Part shown: positions 18,683 to 28,570 of the stretch, piece by piece
Layout of the letters: each line of letters starts with the position of its first letter
Position numbering within the stretch: position 1 is the first letter of the stretch
Source: Candidatus Doudnabacteria bacterium
Lineage (GTDB): Bacteria > Patescibacteriota > Doudnabacteria > UBA920
Assembly (NCBI GenBank): GCA_963768175.1
Contig: CAVYGQ010000001.1
Location: 254,305 to 318,304 of the forward strand
Direction of reading: 5' to 3'
DNA: 64,000 bases
Made by a program: the position numbers and the translations under genes
The notes under the pieces: model-generated
What the model was told of the DNA's origin: nothing
What the model saw: the letters and a program-made list of their open reading frames with translations, nothing else
Database searches by the model: none

Positions 18683-20755
18683 ATGGCTAAAAAAGAAGAC
18701 CAAAAAAAGAAACCCTCTGGCGGGTATACCGCGGAAAATATTACGGTATTAGAGGGGCTGGAGCCGGTGCGCAAGCGCCCGGGCATGTACATTGGATCAA
18801 CCAGCGAGAGCGGGCTTCACCATTTGGTATGGGAAGTCGTGGACAACTCCGTAGACGAAGCCATGGGCGGCAATGCCACAAAAATCGGCGTGTTGCTGCA
18901 AAAAGACGGCGGCGTTATGGTAGTGGACAACGGCCGCGGCATCCCGGTAGACATCCACAAAACCACCAAAAAATCCGCGCTGGAAACCGTGCTCACGGTT
19001 TTACATGCCGGCGGCAAATTCGGCGGAGCTGCTTCCGGCTACAAAGTATCCGGCGGTCTTCACGGCGTGGGCGTTAGTGTCGTCAACGCTTTGTCAACTT
19101 TATTAATCGCGCAAGTCAAACGCGACGGAAAAATCTACGAACAAAAATACAAAATTGGCAAGGCGCAAGGAGCAGTTAAAGTTATTGGCAAGGTAGACAA
19201 AGACGATCCCGACCAAACCGGAACTTCTATAACTTTTTATCCCGACACAAGCGTTTTTGAAACCACGGAGTTTAAGCTTAAAACCGTGCTGGAACATTTG
19301 CGCAGCCAGGCGTATTTGACCAAAGGCCTGCATTTTATCATAACCGACGAAAGAGTCGGGCTAACGTATCAATACTATTTTGAGGGCGGCATTTTAAGCT
19401 ATATCAAACAGCTCAACCGCAACAAAAAAGTAAAAAACGTCCCCATCTACATCAATAAATCGGTTGACGACATAATGGTGGAACTTGCCATCCAGTATAC
19501 GGACGATTTTGACGAACGGATTTTGGCTTACGCCAACAACGAATACAATCCCGAAGGCGGCATGCACGTTACGGGCTTCCGTACCGCCCTAACGCGGTCG
19601 ATTAACAACTACGCGACCAAAAACGGCTATGTTAAAGAAGCAGAGAAGCTGACCGGCGAAGATATGCGCGAAGGGTTAACCGCGATTATTTCCGTAAAAC
19701 TGCCTAACCCGCAATTTGAAGGGCAGACCAAAGCCAAGCTTGGAAACCCGGAAGTACGGACCGCGGTGGAGACCGTGGTCAACGATGCTTTGGAAATTTA
19801 TTTGGAAGAACATCCGCAGGAAGCCGGCAAAGTAATCGAAAAAGTTATTTTGGCGGCCAAAGCCCGCTTGGCGGCACGGGCGGCGCGCGATTCCGTAATC
19901 CGCAAGGGAGTTTTGGAAGGCTTAGCTTTGCCGGGTAAATTGGCCGATTGCAGCGAGAGTGACCCCGCAAAATGTGAAATGTACATTGTGGAGGGGGAAA
20001 GCGCCGGCGGCACGGCCAAACAGGGGCGCGACAGGCGGTTTCAGGCCATACTTTCCATGCGTGGTAAAATTTTAAACGTGGAGCGCGCGCGTTTAGACAG
20101 GATGCTCGGCAACCAAGAAATAAAAAATATTATCATCGCCTTGGGAGCCGGCATCGGCGATATGTTTGATGTTGCCAAATTAAGATATCATCGCATAGTA
20201 ATTATGACCGATGCCGACGTGGACGGCTCGCACATCCGTACGCTTTTACTGACGCTCTTTTATAGATATTTCCCGGACATTATCAAGAACGGCTACGTTT
20301 ACATTGCCCAGCCGCCGCTATTTAAAGTCCAGGTGGGTCGGGAATCCAAATACGCTTTTTCCGAAGACGAACGGGATAAAGTTCTAAAAGAATTGATCGC
20401 GCAGGTAAAAGATAAAAAAACGGCTGTCAAAAAAGGGAAAGCTGATGCCAAAAAAGCGCCTGGCGATGAGACGGCAGAGCCACAAGAAGAAATATCCACC
20501 GTGGAAGAAACCACAGGCGGCAACATTGACGGCGTAAGATATGGCATTCAGCGTTACAAAGGCCTTGGGGAAATGAACGCCGAACAGCTTTGGGAAACCA
20601 CCATGGATCCGCAAAACCGCGTCATGCTCCAGGTCAAACTGACCGATGCGGAAAAAGTCAGCGAAATTTTTGAAGTGTTGATGGGCGACGAAGTCGCTCC
20701 GCGAAAAAGATTTATTACCACCCACGCCAAGGCGGTGAAAAATCTAGATATCTAG
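18683..20755 (+). CDS. gyrB: DNA gyrase subunit B (type IIA topoisomerase ATPase subunit)
   Basis: GHKL ATPase motifs (GLHHLVWEVVDNSVDE, DNGRGIP), TOPRIM EGESAGG, PLFK; a 24-bp perfect palindrome overlaps the stop codon. Confidence 0.85.
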   Translation: MAKKEDQKKKPSGGYTAENITVLEGLEPVRKRPGMYIGSTSESGLHHLVWEVVDNSVDEAMGGNATKIGVLLQKDGGVMVVDNGRGIPVDIHKTTKKSALETVLTVLHAGGKFGGAASGYKVSGGLHGVGVSVVNALSTLLIAQVKRDGKIYEQKYKIGKAQGAVKVIGKVDKDDPDQTGTSITFYPDTSVFETTEFKLKTVLEHLRSQAYLTKGLHFIITDERVGLTYQYYFEGGILSYIKQLNRNKKVKNVPIYINKSVDDIMVELAIQYTDDFDERILAYANNEYNPEGGMHVTGFRTALTRSINNYATKNGYVKEAEKLTGEDMREGLTAIISVKLPNPQFEGQTKAKLGNPEVRTAVETVVNDALEIYLEEHPQEAGKVIEKVILAAKARLAARAARDSVIRKGVLEGLALPGKLADCSESDPAKCEMYIVEGESAGGTAKQGRDRRFQAILSMRGKILNVERARLDRMLGNQEIKNIIIALGAGIGDMFDVAKLRYHRIVIMTDADVDGSHIRTLLLTLFYRYFPDIIKNGYVYIAQPPLFKVQVGRESKYAFSEDERDKVLKELIAQVKDKKTAVKKGKADAKKAPGDETAEPQEEISTVEETTGGNIDGVRYGIQRYKGLGEMNAEQLWETTMDPQNRVMLQVKLTDAEKVSEIFEVLMGDEVAPRKRFITTHAKAVKNLDI

Positions 20756-20920
20756 ATTTTTCACCCTGAGCCTATTGAACGGGTTAAGAATTTGGATATC
20801 TAGTTTTTTTACCCTAAGCTTGCTGGTGGATAAAAAATCTACCCATTTAAGCACTTATTATATACACTAAAAATCAATTATATAATTAACCACATATACT
20901 TGTGGAGAAATTTTAATAAA

Positions 20921-21568
20921 ATGTCCAATAAAGAATCTTTAACATCGGAAGAAATTGAAGAAAACAAGAAAAAAAGTGATCAGGAATTAATAGAAGGCGG
21001 GGCAAAAGAAGTAATTTCTAAAAAACCAGTTAACTGGATGGATCCGGATCAACCACTCCGTTTGGAAGTTACCAAATCCCAGCTTGAAAATATACGAAAC
21101 GAGATGAATCAAGACTTAAAAATAAAGGAAGGCCAAAAAAGAAAATTATTGCAAGAACAGGAAGATAAAAGAATACAAGAAGAACAAAAAATTACGGAAC
21201 AGAAAGCAGGTGAAACATTAAAAAAAATCGCAAGTTTTTTTGATAACCCGAGGCAAGCCTTGCAAATGTTAAAAGATCATTATCATACAGGTCAGGCCAT
21301 TACTTTAGATGACGGCCAAATGATTCCATTGGACTCATTCTTTAAATGGCATTTGGAAGCGCACAAAAAAAGGGCAGCTCAAAACTTAGCTGGCTTAGTT
21401 AGACTTTTAAAAATAGAGCTAAAAGGACACCTCCGTATACCCCGTAATAGTTCTGCTAGCCTTCCTAGAACTGCCGAGAAACCAAACTTGGACAGATACG
21501 ACAAAAGGATTGACATAGGTACCCTTGTTACTAAAAAATACAGAAAGATCAGACCAACCGATAAATAA
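20921..21568 (+). CDS. hypothetical charged protein (the ORF extends to a TTG at 20900)
   Basis: Lys/Glu-rich coiled-coil-like sequence; ATG at 20921. Confidence 0.45.
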   Translation: MSNKESLTSEEIEENKKKSDQELIEGGAKEVISKKPVNWMDPDQPLRLEVTKSQLENIRNEMNQDLKIKEGQKRKLLQEQEDKRIQEEQKITEQKAGETLKKIASFFDNPRQALQMLKDHYHTGQAITLDDGQMIPLDSFFKWHLEAHKKRAAQNLAGLVRLLKIELKGHLRIPRNSSASLPRTAEKPNLDRYDKRIDIGTLVTKKYRKIRPTDK

Positions 21569-21592
21569 ATATATGAATTGGTTGGGTGTTGG

Positions 21593-21621
21593 GTTGACAC
21601 AAAAGCCAACCTCAAGTATCA
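21593..21621 (+). promoter_or_regulatory. sigma70-like promoter (TTGACA-17-TATCAT) upstream of greA
   Basis: ttgacacaaaagccaacctcaagtatcat. Confidence 0.5.
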
Positions 21622-21657
21622 TATACGCAGCTTATTAAATAATTGACGCTTCAAAGG

Positions 21658-21709
21658 CCAAGGGCCATCTTCGGCCGACGAATCTCCTAAGTCCGAGGAT
21701 GACCCTTGG
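21658..21709. repeat. Family-1 palindromic element (intergenic, greA leader)
   Basis: ccaagggccatcttcggccgacgaatctcctaagtccgaggatgacccttgg aligns position-for-position with the atpG and atpD copies. Confidence 0.8.
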
Positions 21710-21770
21710 GCTACATGGCGTTTATATTCGCGTTGCAGTCTTCGCGCTTATTCTCGCCTCTACAAAATCA

Positions 21771-22232
21771 ATGTCCAAAAAATATTTGCTTACGCAAGAC
21801 GGTTTGCAAAAGCTAAACGACGAATTAAAGGAACTCATAAGCCAAAAACGGCCGGATGTGATAGAGCGCATTCGGGAGGCAGCCAGCCACGGCGACTTGT
21901 CGGAAAATGCCGATTACGCTCAAGCCCGGGAAGAACAGAGCTTTATTGAAGGCCGGGTTTTGGAAATTGAAGACATAATCAAAAACGCGGAAATCATTTC
22001 CACGAGCAGCCACGGCAGCACTGTAACCATCGGCTCAACGGTAACCGTAAAAATCAACGGCAGCGAAAAAAAATATACCATTGTCGGCAGTAACGAGGCC
22101 AACCCCAAGGAAGGCAAAATTTCCAACGAATCTTTGGTCGGCAAAGCGCTTTTAGGCCGCAAAGCCCGTGAGAAATTTAAAATTTCCGCTCCAGCGGGAG
22201 AAATGGATTATGAGATAATTTTTATCGAGTAA
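21771..22232 (+). CDS. greA: transcription elongation factor GreA
   Basis: LTQDGLQKLNDELKEL ... ARE.GDLSENADYAQAREEQSFIEGRVLEIE; the annotated ORF start at 21699 lies inside the repeat, so the true start is probably 21771. Confidence 0.85.
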   Translation: MSKKYLLTQDGLQKLNDELKELISQKRPDVIERIREAASHGDLSENADYAQAREEQSFIEGRVLEIEDIIKNAEIISTSSHGSTVTIGSTVTVKINGSEKKYTIVGSNEANPKEGKISNESLVGKALLGRKAREKFKISAPAGEMDYEIIFIE

Positions 22233-22273
22233 CCGCCGATTTTAGCAGTGGATTAATATGGCGATGCGCCACT

Positions 22274-22307
22274 AAACCGCCTTTTTTGCTTAAGGGGGCG
22301 GTTTTTG
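22274..22307 (+). terminator. intrinsic terminator after greA
   Basis: aaaccgcc...ggcggttttt with a T-run. Confidence 0.65.
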
Positions 22308-22337
22308 TTATAATCAAAATAACTTATAAGTTATTTT

Positions 22338-22407
22338 GTCCCGAGCGTAGCGAGGGATCTCTCAAAATTGAAGCATAGAGATTCTTCACTTCGTTCGGAA
22401 TGACGCC
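22338..22407. repeat. Family-2 dispersed repeat, upstream of and overlapping the annotated lysS start
   Basis: gtcccgagcgtagcgagggatctctc...agagattcttcacttcgttcggaatgacgcc; its terminal ATGACGCC supplies a spurious ATG (MTP...). Confidence 0.8.
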
Positions 22408-22417
22408 AATAAAACCT

Positions 22418-23881
22418 ATGTCCGAACGTTTTGAAGATATCCTAGCCGCGAGGCGGAAAAAATTGGAAGAAATCAAAAAAGCCGGGATAGACCCATACCC
22501 GCCTTTTACGTCGCGCACCCACACCAACAAACAGGCGGTGGATAATTTTGACGAGCTTGAAGGCAAAAAAATTACCGTAGTCGGCCGCATCCGCAGCTGG
22601 CGCGATATGGGCAAAATCACGTTCGCGCAAATTGAAGACGGCACCGGAAAAATCCAAATTTTATTCAAGCAAGAGTCGGTTGGAGCCGATAATTACCAAT
22701 TTATAATAAACAACACCGACATTGGAGACTTTATTGAGGCCACGGGTACGCTGTTTAAAACAAAAACCGGCGAAAAAACCATACAAGCCACAAGCTACAA
22801 GCTACTGGCTAAATCCCTCCGCCCCTTGCCCGACCAGCATTCCGGTTTGGCTGATGAAGAAATCAAATTACGGAAACGCTATTTGGACATTCTAATGGAC
22901 CCTTCCACAAAGGAAATTTTTGTTAAAAAGAACAAATTTTGGTCTTCCATGCGTGAATTTCTGGTAAAGAAAGGGTTTTTGGAGCTGGAAATGCCTGTTT
23001 TGGAAACCGTGCCGGGGGGAGCCGAGGCAGAACCCTTTATTACCCACCACAATGCCTTAGGCCGCGATTTTTATCTTAGAATAAGTCTGGAACTGCCGCT
23101 AAAAAAAATGCTGGTGGCGGGTTTGGAAAAAGTTTTTGAAATCGGCAGGATTTTTAGGAACGAGGGTATCTCCCCGGAACATTTACAGGACTACACCCAA
23201 ATGGAATTTTACTGGGCTTACGGCGATTTTGAAAAGTTAATGGATTTTTTGCAGGAGATGTACCAGTATGTTATAGAGCAAACTTTCGGCACGCTTAAAA
23301 TCACAAGTGGCGAAACAGAAGTCAATTGGAGCGGAAGCTGGGACAAGTACAATTACATTGATCTTTTTAAAAAGCATACGGGCTTGGACTTAATGGATTG
23401 TTCCGATGGTGAGCTGAAAAAATTTGCCGATAAAAACCATATTACTTACGAAAACTTTGCCCGCAGGGGACGGTTCATAGATTTAATTTTTAAAAAGAAA
23501 GTCCGAGCGAACATTAAAACCAATAAACCCGCCTTTTTAATCAACCAGCCTTTAGAGCTGGAGCCTTTGGCTAAGCGCGATCCCAAAAATCCCAAAATTG
23601 TCCAAAGGCTGCAAATTTTAGCCTACGGTACGGAGCTTGGCAAAGGTTTTGGGGAGCTTAACGATCCCGTAGACCAACGTTCACGCTTTGAAGAGCAAAT
23701 GAAGCTTAGGGCTGCCGGCGACAGCGAAGCCCAAATGCTGGATGAAGACTACGTAGAAGCCATGGAATACGGCATGCCTCCAGCCGCGGGTTTTGGCGTA
23801 AGCGAAAGACTATTTAGCGTACTAATGGGCAAATCTATCCGCGAAACCATAATTTTTCCGCCGATGAAATCAGAAAAATGA
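22418..23881 (+). CDS. lysS: lysine--tRNA ligase (class II)
   Basis: OB-fold N-domain, class II motifs (FRNEG, GFGVSERL); true start probably the second Met (22418) rather than 22400. Confidence 0.88.
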   Translation: MSERFEDILAARRKKLEEIKKAGIDPYPPFTSRTHTNKQAVDNFDELEGKKITVVGRIRSWRDMGKITFAQIEDGTGKIQILFKQESVGADNYQFIINNTDIGDFIEATGTLFKTKTGEKTIQATSYKLLAKSLRPLPDQHSGLADEEIKLRKRYLDILMDPSTKEIFVKKNKFWSSMREFLVKKGFLELEMPVLETVPGGAEAEPFITHHNALGRDFYLRISLELPLKKMLVAGLEKVFEIGRIFRNEGISPEHLQDYTQMEFYWAYGDFEKLMDFLQEMYQYVIEQTFGTLKITSGETEVNWSGSWDKYNYIDLFKKHTGLDLMDCSDGELKKFADKNHITYENFARRGRFIDLIFKKKVRANIKTNKPAFLINQPLELEPLAKRDPKNPKIVQRLQILAYGTELGKGFGELNDPVDQRSRFEEQMKLRAAGDSEAQMLDEDYVEAMEYGMPPAAGFGVSERLFSVLMGKSIRETIIFPPMKSEK

Positions 23882-23949
23882 CGCCAATGCCTGGCGTCAT
23901 CCCTGAATCAAGTTCAGGGCAGGCTCTGAGCGTAGCGAAGGATCTCTTT

Positions 23950-24708
23950 ATGGATGTTAGGTCAAAATATTTTGAAGCTGACGGAATAAAACTGCACTAC
24001 CTGATCCTAGGACAGGGAAGACCATTGCTATTCTTACATGGTGTCGGGGTTTCAACGCTTTCTTATCGCCATGTTTTAGATTTACTGGCTTCAAAATTTA
24101 CGGTTTATGCCCCAGATATTCCTGGCTTCGGCAAATCCAGCGTTCCACAAACCATTTGGAGTTATGAAGATTACGCAGAATTTTTAAATAAGTTTGCCGC
24201 GGACTTAAAATTACAAAATCTGATTCTGGTTGGCCATTCCTTTGGCGGAGAGATCGCGCTGCGCATGGCAAAAAAAAATGCGGAAATTTCTAAATTGGTT
24301 TTAATTGCCGCAACCGGAAGTCCGGTTATCCACTCCATCCCAAAACTTCTTTATATCATTCTGTTTAAGAAACATAGGACTAATCTCAAAGCTTATCAAG
24401 ACCCGCAAAGATTACATCTAATCCGGAATGATTATTTAAGCAATATCTGGCGAAAATTTAGCCAATCAATCACCCTAGCCAGAATAATTTTAAGATCAAT
24501 TTATTCGTCTGTAATTTTGGAAGAAAAATTGCCCACCGAAACCTTGATTTTGTGGAGTGAAAAAGATGAAATATTAGACTATGAATCTATTAATAAATTA
24601 AGCCAAAAACTTGGTCCGCATACTATAAGAAAACTCGATGAACATCATGACTGGCTGTTATTCAAACCAGAACTTTTAATGGAAGAATTGGATAAGCTTG
24701 GATTATAA
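23950..24708 (+). CDS. alpha/beta-hydrolase fold protein
   Basis: HGVGVS...GHSFGG nucleophile elbow; the annotated ORF start at 23878 lies inside a Family-2 repeat (MTPMPG...), so the true start is probably MDVRS at 23950. Confidence 0.7.
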   Translation: MDVRSKYFEADGIKLHYLILGQGRPLLFLHGVGVSTLSYRHVLDLLASKFTVYAPDIPGFGKSSVPQTIWSYEDYAEFLNKFAADLKLQNLILVGHSFGGEIALRMAKKNAEISKLVLIAATGSPVIHSIPKLLYIILFKKHRTNLKAYQDPQRLHLIRNDYLSNIWRKFSQSITLARIILRSIYSSVILEEKLPTETLILWSEKDEILDYESINKLSQKLGPHTIRKLDEHHDWLLFKPELLMEELDKLGL

Positions 24709-24720
24709 AATTATCACATT

Positions 24721-25143
24721 ATGGCGCAAAAACAAATTACCATAGTTGCTGCAATAATCAGGAATGAAAAAGGAGAAGTGCTTTTGGCCAAAAGAAACCA
24801 GCCTGAAACTACCGAAATCCACGGCAAGTGGGAATTCGTGGGAGGAGGCGTGGATTTTGGCGAGGATCCGGTAGCTTCGTTAAAAAGGGAGGTTTTGGAA
24901 GAAATCGGGGTTGAGGTGGAAGTACTCAGGTTATTACCAAAAGTTATCAGCGACATCCAAAAATACGATAACGGCAATAGGCTTCAGGTTTTGGTGCTGT
25001 CGTACGAATGCAAAATAATTTCCGGCATCCCGAAACCCACAGATGCGGAAATAGGGCAAGTAAAATTTTTTTCTTTGGAAGAAATTAAAAACCTGGATGC
25101 TTTCCAAAATATTTATGAAACAATCAGCCTTCTTCAATCATAA
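24721..25143 (+). CDS. NUDIX hydrolase
   Basis: Nudix box GGGVDFGEDPVASLKREVLEEIG. Confidence 0.8.
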   Translation: MAQKQITIVAAIIRNEKGEVLLAKRNQPETTEIHGKWEFVGGGVDFGEDPVASLKREVLEEIGVEVEVLRLLPKVISDIQKYDNGNRLQVLVLSYECKIISGIPKPTDAEIGQVKFFSLEEIKNLDAFQNIYETISLLQS

Positions 25144-25166
25144 TTTTCAATTTTTAATTTTATCAT

Positions 25167-26519
25167 ATGCTGGACATAAAATTTATCCGCGATAACGCGG
25201 ACAAAGTTAAAGAAGCGGTAAAAAATAAACGCATAGATTTAAGCGTGGACCAGCTTTTGGATTTAGACACCAAGCGCCGTGATTTAATCACGGAACTCGA
25301 AAGCCTGCAGGCGGCAAAAAACCAGGCCTCCAAAGAAATCCCGAAACTTTCGGCCAAAGACAAAAAAATCAAACTTTTGGAAATGAAGGAGGTTGACACA
25401 AAGACAGGGGAGTTAAAAACTCGGCTAAAAGATGTTTGGCAGGAATATGAGAACCTGATGTATCTGGTACCCAATATTCCCAGCCAAGAAACGCCAATCG
25501 GAGCGGATCCTTCCGGCAATGTGCCGTGGCGCTATTGGAACTTGTCCCTAGGAATCGTTGACCCGACAAAGGACAAGGACAAAGCCAAAGAAATTCCGCC
25601 CAAATTCGATTTTGAAATTAAAGACCATCTGGCTCTAGGAAAAAGTTTAGATTTACTTGACACCGAAGCCGGAGTAAAAACTTCAGGCTTCCGCGGCTAT
25701 TATTTAAAGAACGAAGCGGTGTTGATGCAATACGGCCTGATTTGGCTGGCGCTGAAAAAGATGCAAGAAAAGGGTTTTACGCTGATGGTACCGCCTATGT
25801 TGGATAAGCCTTTCGCTTTTTACGGCAGCGGCCATTTCCCAGTCGGCAAGGCAGACCAATACCGCGTGCTGGACGGCGAAGAATTGGAAAAAGTCCAAAC
25901 AGGCACGGCCACGGAAGAAATTTATTTGGCCGGAACATCGGAGCCGGCGCTTTTGGCATATTACGCCGACAAAACTTTGGAGGAAAAAGATTTACCAATA
26001 AAAATTTGCGGCGTCAGCCCATGCTTTCGGGGAGAAATCGGCAGTTACGGCAAAGATACCAAGGGCATTTACCGCGTCCATGAATTTATGAAGGTTGAGC
26101 AGGTGGTCTTATGTAAAGCGGATATTATTGAAAGCGACAAGTGGCTGGAAAGTATGCGCGAGATTGCGGAAAGCCTGCTACAGGATTTGAAGTTGCCGTA
26201 TCGCGTAGTGAACATTTGCACCGCCGATATGGGCGCGGGTAAATACAAAATGTACGACATAGAAACCTGGATGCCCAGCCGCAAGGACTTTGGGGAAACG
26301 CATTCCGATTCCAACCTGACCGACTGGCAGGCGCGCCGGCTGAACATAAAATACAAAGCCACAGACGGCAAAACCAAATTTGTCTATACTTTAAACAACA
26401 CGGTTATCGCCAGCCCGCGCATTCTAATCGCCATTTTGGAAAATTATCAGCAAAAAGACGGCTCCATTATTGTGCCGGAAGTTTTAAGGCCGTATGTGGG
26501 GAAAGAGGTTATAAAATAA
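25167..26519 (+). CDS. serS: serine--tRNA ligase
   Basis: N-terminal coiled-coil arm, class II core FRGE...GxxxxxR, GTSEPAL. Confidence 0.88.
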   Translation: MLDIKFIRDNADKVKEAVKNKRIDLSVDQLLDLDTKRRDLITELESLQAAKNQASKEIPKLSAKDKKIKLLEMKEVDTKTGELKTRLKDVWQEYENLMYLVPNIPSQETPIGADPSGNVPWRYWNLSLGIVDPTKDKDKAKEIPPKFDFEIKDHLALGKSLDLLDTEAGVKTSGFRGYYLKNEAVLMQYGLIWLALKKMQEKGFTLMVPPMLDKPFAFYGSGHFPVGKADQYRVLDGEELEKVQTGTATEEIYLAGTSEPALLAYYADKTLEEKDLPIKICGVSPCFRGEIGSYGKDTKGIYRVHEFMKVEQVVLCKADIIESDKWLESMREIAESLLQDLKLPYRVVNICTADMGAGKYKMYDIETWMPSRKDFGETHSDSNLTDWQARRLNIKYKATDGKTKFVYTLNNTVIASPRILIAILENYQQKDGSIIVPEVLRPYVGKEVIK

Positions 26520-26661
26520 CACGGATTTACGGATCGGATTCGGATCTACAGATGTCTACTGATTCTAAATTGCGACGATTTGGTTAAATCTTCACGAACG
26601 GTGTTTTGCTTCATCCGTAGACATCCGTAGATCCGCATTTAATCAGTAGATCCGTGTTAAA

Positions 26662-27627
26662 ATGTTCAATAAAAACAAAAGAAAAATTGACTCCCGCATC
26701 CGTTTCCAAAACAGCCGGTTTAAGCAACGTCTGCGGGAGGCCCGCGGGTATAAAAGGCCCGTACGCAGCAGGCCTCTGGGAGCCGGCGAAATTTTTCTTT
26801 TTAAAATCGGTTTAGGTTCGTGGTTTTCAAGGCTCATTACTTTGCTTGTCTTTTTGCTTTTAATATATTTGGTATTTATACCAAATGTTTTTTTTGTTAA
26901 ACATATTATTATTAACGATACACATACCGACGATAAACCAACTATCGAAACATTGGTTAATTCCTACTTGTCAAAAAAACTTCCCTGGCCGCAAAAAAAT
27001 TTGGTTTTGCTTTCCAAAGCCGGACTCAAAAATTTTTTGCTGGAAAACGACCAAAAAATTCTGAACATAAACAGCATTAACAAAAGATTCCCGTCAACTT
27101 TGGTTTTAGACATAACCCCAAGAGTTGACCAATTTGTTATTCAAACCGCCAGCTCAACCGGCTTTTCGGTTTCAGGAGACGGTTTAATAACAAGCGAGGT
27201 GTCCTTAAACGCTTCCGGTACCTTGCCAAACGGCCTGACTTCCATTAAACTGGACAACAGCGAAGGTTTAATTATTGGTCATCAAGCCTTTAGCCAAACA
27301 GAGGTTGATTTTTTAAACCAAATGCAAACACAGCTGGCGGGGATTGCGAAATTGCCCGTAGCCTACTATGAACTTTCCGGGCTTCAAATACCTGATCTTA
27401 CCGTTTATTTTAAAAACGGCTTTAAGATAATGCTCAGCCTGGATTCAGATGTTGCGCAAACCTTAGGCCATTTAAAGCTGCTGTTTTCCCAGTTTGCCGA
27501 TTCCGATATCAACAAATTATTTTACATTGATATGCGATTTGGTAATAACGGATACGTTTGCTATAAGGGTACCGCCTGCGTGCAGGACATAAACCTTCCG
27601 GCGTCCAGCACCACGCCTGCTAATTAA
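26662..27627 (+). CDS. putative cell-division protein FtsQ/DivIB-like (single TM plus POTRA-like domain)
   Basis: Basic N-terminus, one TM helix, periplasmic beta-rich domain; weak family assignment. Confidence 0.45.
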   Translation: MFNKNKRKIDSRIRFQNSRFKQRLREARGYKRPVRSRPLGAGEIFLFKIGLGSWFSRLITLLVFLLLIYLVFIPNVFFVKHIIINDTHTDDKPTIETLVNSYLSKKLPWPQKNLVLLSKAGLKNFLLENDQKILNINSINKRFPSTLVLDITPRVDQFVIQTASSTGFSVSGDGLITSEVSLNASGTLPNGLTSIKLDNSEGLIIGHQAFSQTEVDFLNQMQTQLAGIAKLPVAYYELSGLQIPDLTVYFKNGFKIMLSLDSDVAQTLGHLKLLFSQFADSDINKLFYIDMRFGNNGYVCYKGTACVQDINLPASSTTPAN

Positions 27628-27642
27628 AACTATCCAGCGCGC

Positions 27643-27750
27643 TTGAAGACTGTCTTCTGGAAAAGAAAATTTATTGTTTAATTGGTAACTTTAAAAAACC
27701 AATATACGATTAAATGACAAAGCGCTTGCATCCCAGAAGACAGTCTTCAA
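27643..27750. repeat. inverted-repeat-flanked element (18-bp perfect TIRs, about 108 bp)
   Basis: ttgaagactgtcttctgg ... ccagaagacagtcttcaa flank a 72-bp AT-rich core. Confidence 0.7.
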
Positions 27751-27784
27751 GGGGTTGAGCATCTAACACTAACTACTGATACTT

Positions 27785-28471
27785 ATGCAACGAAAAAAAC
27801 TTTTTGTAATTTCCTTGGGCGGATCGCTAATAAACCCCGGTCAAGTGGACACGGCATTTCTAAAAAATTTCCGCCAGCTGATGATTAGCCAAGCAAAAAA
27901 AGGAAATCGCTTTGTTTTAATTACCGGCGGGGGAACCTTGTGCCGGCATTACCAAAACGCTCTAAGCGGCATCGGCAAACCCGCGAACAGCGATCTGGAC
28001 TGGCTCGGCATCTACACAACGCGCCTTAATGCGCAACTAGCACGTTTAAGTTTTGGCAAATTGGCCCATCCTGTCGTGGTTGAAGACCCGAATAAAAAAG
28101 TAAATTTTAAAGAAAAAATTTTGGTCGCCGGGGGCTGGATGCCGGGACGGAGCACGGACGACGACGCCGTAAGGCTGGCCCATATTTACGGTGCCAAAAC
28201 CGTAATTAATTTAAGCAACATAGATTACGTCTATACCAAAGATCCCCGCAAATTTAAAGACGCCAAAAAGATTAAGTTAGCCTCCTGGCCGGAATTCCGT
28301 AAAATTGTGGGGAGCCGTTGGAATCCGGGAAAAAACGCGCCGTTTGACCCCACTGCAGCCAAATTAGCACAGAAAAATAAGTTAAAAATAATTATTGCCA
28401 ATGGGAAAAACTTGAAGAATCTAAAAGATATTTTGGAAGGCAAAAAGTTTAAGGGAACAATAATTAAATAA
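27785..28471 (+). CDS. pyrH: uridylate (UMP) kinase
   Basis: Amino-acid kinase fold VISLGGSL ... LITGGG ... archaeal/bacterial PyrH-like. Confidence 0.75.
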   Translation: MQRKKLFVISLGGSLINPGQVDTAFLKNFRQLMISQAKKGNRFVLITGGGTLCRHYQNALSGIGKPANSDLDWLGIYTTRLNAQLARLSFGKLAHPVVVEDPNKKVNFKEKILVAGGWMPGRSTDDDAVRLAHIYGAKTVINLSNIDYVYTKDPRKFKDAKKIKLASWPEFRKIVGSRWNPGKNAPFDPTAAKLAQKNKLKIIIANGKNLKNLKDILEGKKFKGTIIK

Positions 28472-28485
28472 CGATGGCAAAATTA

Positions 28486-28528
28486 CAAAGATACTCTTTG
28501 CGCAGCGCAAAGAGTATCTTTGTTTTTT
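28486..28528 (+). terminator. intrinsic terminator after pyrH
   Basis: 18-bp perfect stem caaagatactctttgcgc/gcgcaaagagtatctttg plus T6. Confidence 0.8.
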
Positions 28529-28570
28529 AGATCCCTCGCTACGCTCGGGGTGAATTAATTTTTAACAAAA

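Noticed and set aside
20900-20920. TTG start at 20900 for the hypothetical gene, and ATG at 21699 for greA
   Set aside because: The alternative starts fall inside palindromic/repeat sequence. The downstream ATGs (20921, 21771) give N-termini consistent with the protein families.
22336-22400. T-box or other riboswitch leaders upstream of lysS, serS, cysS, thrS and pheS
   Set aside because: No AGGGUGGNACCGCG T-box core or specifier/antiterminator arrangement is visible. The lysS leader is a Family-2 repeat instead.
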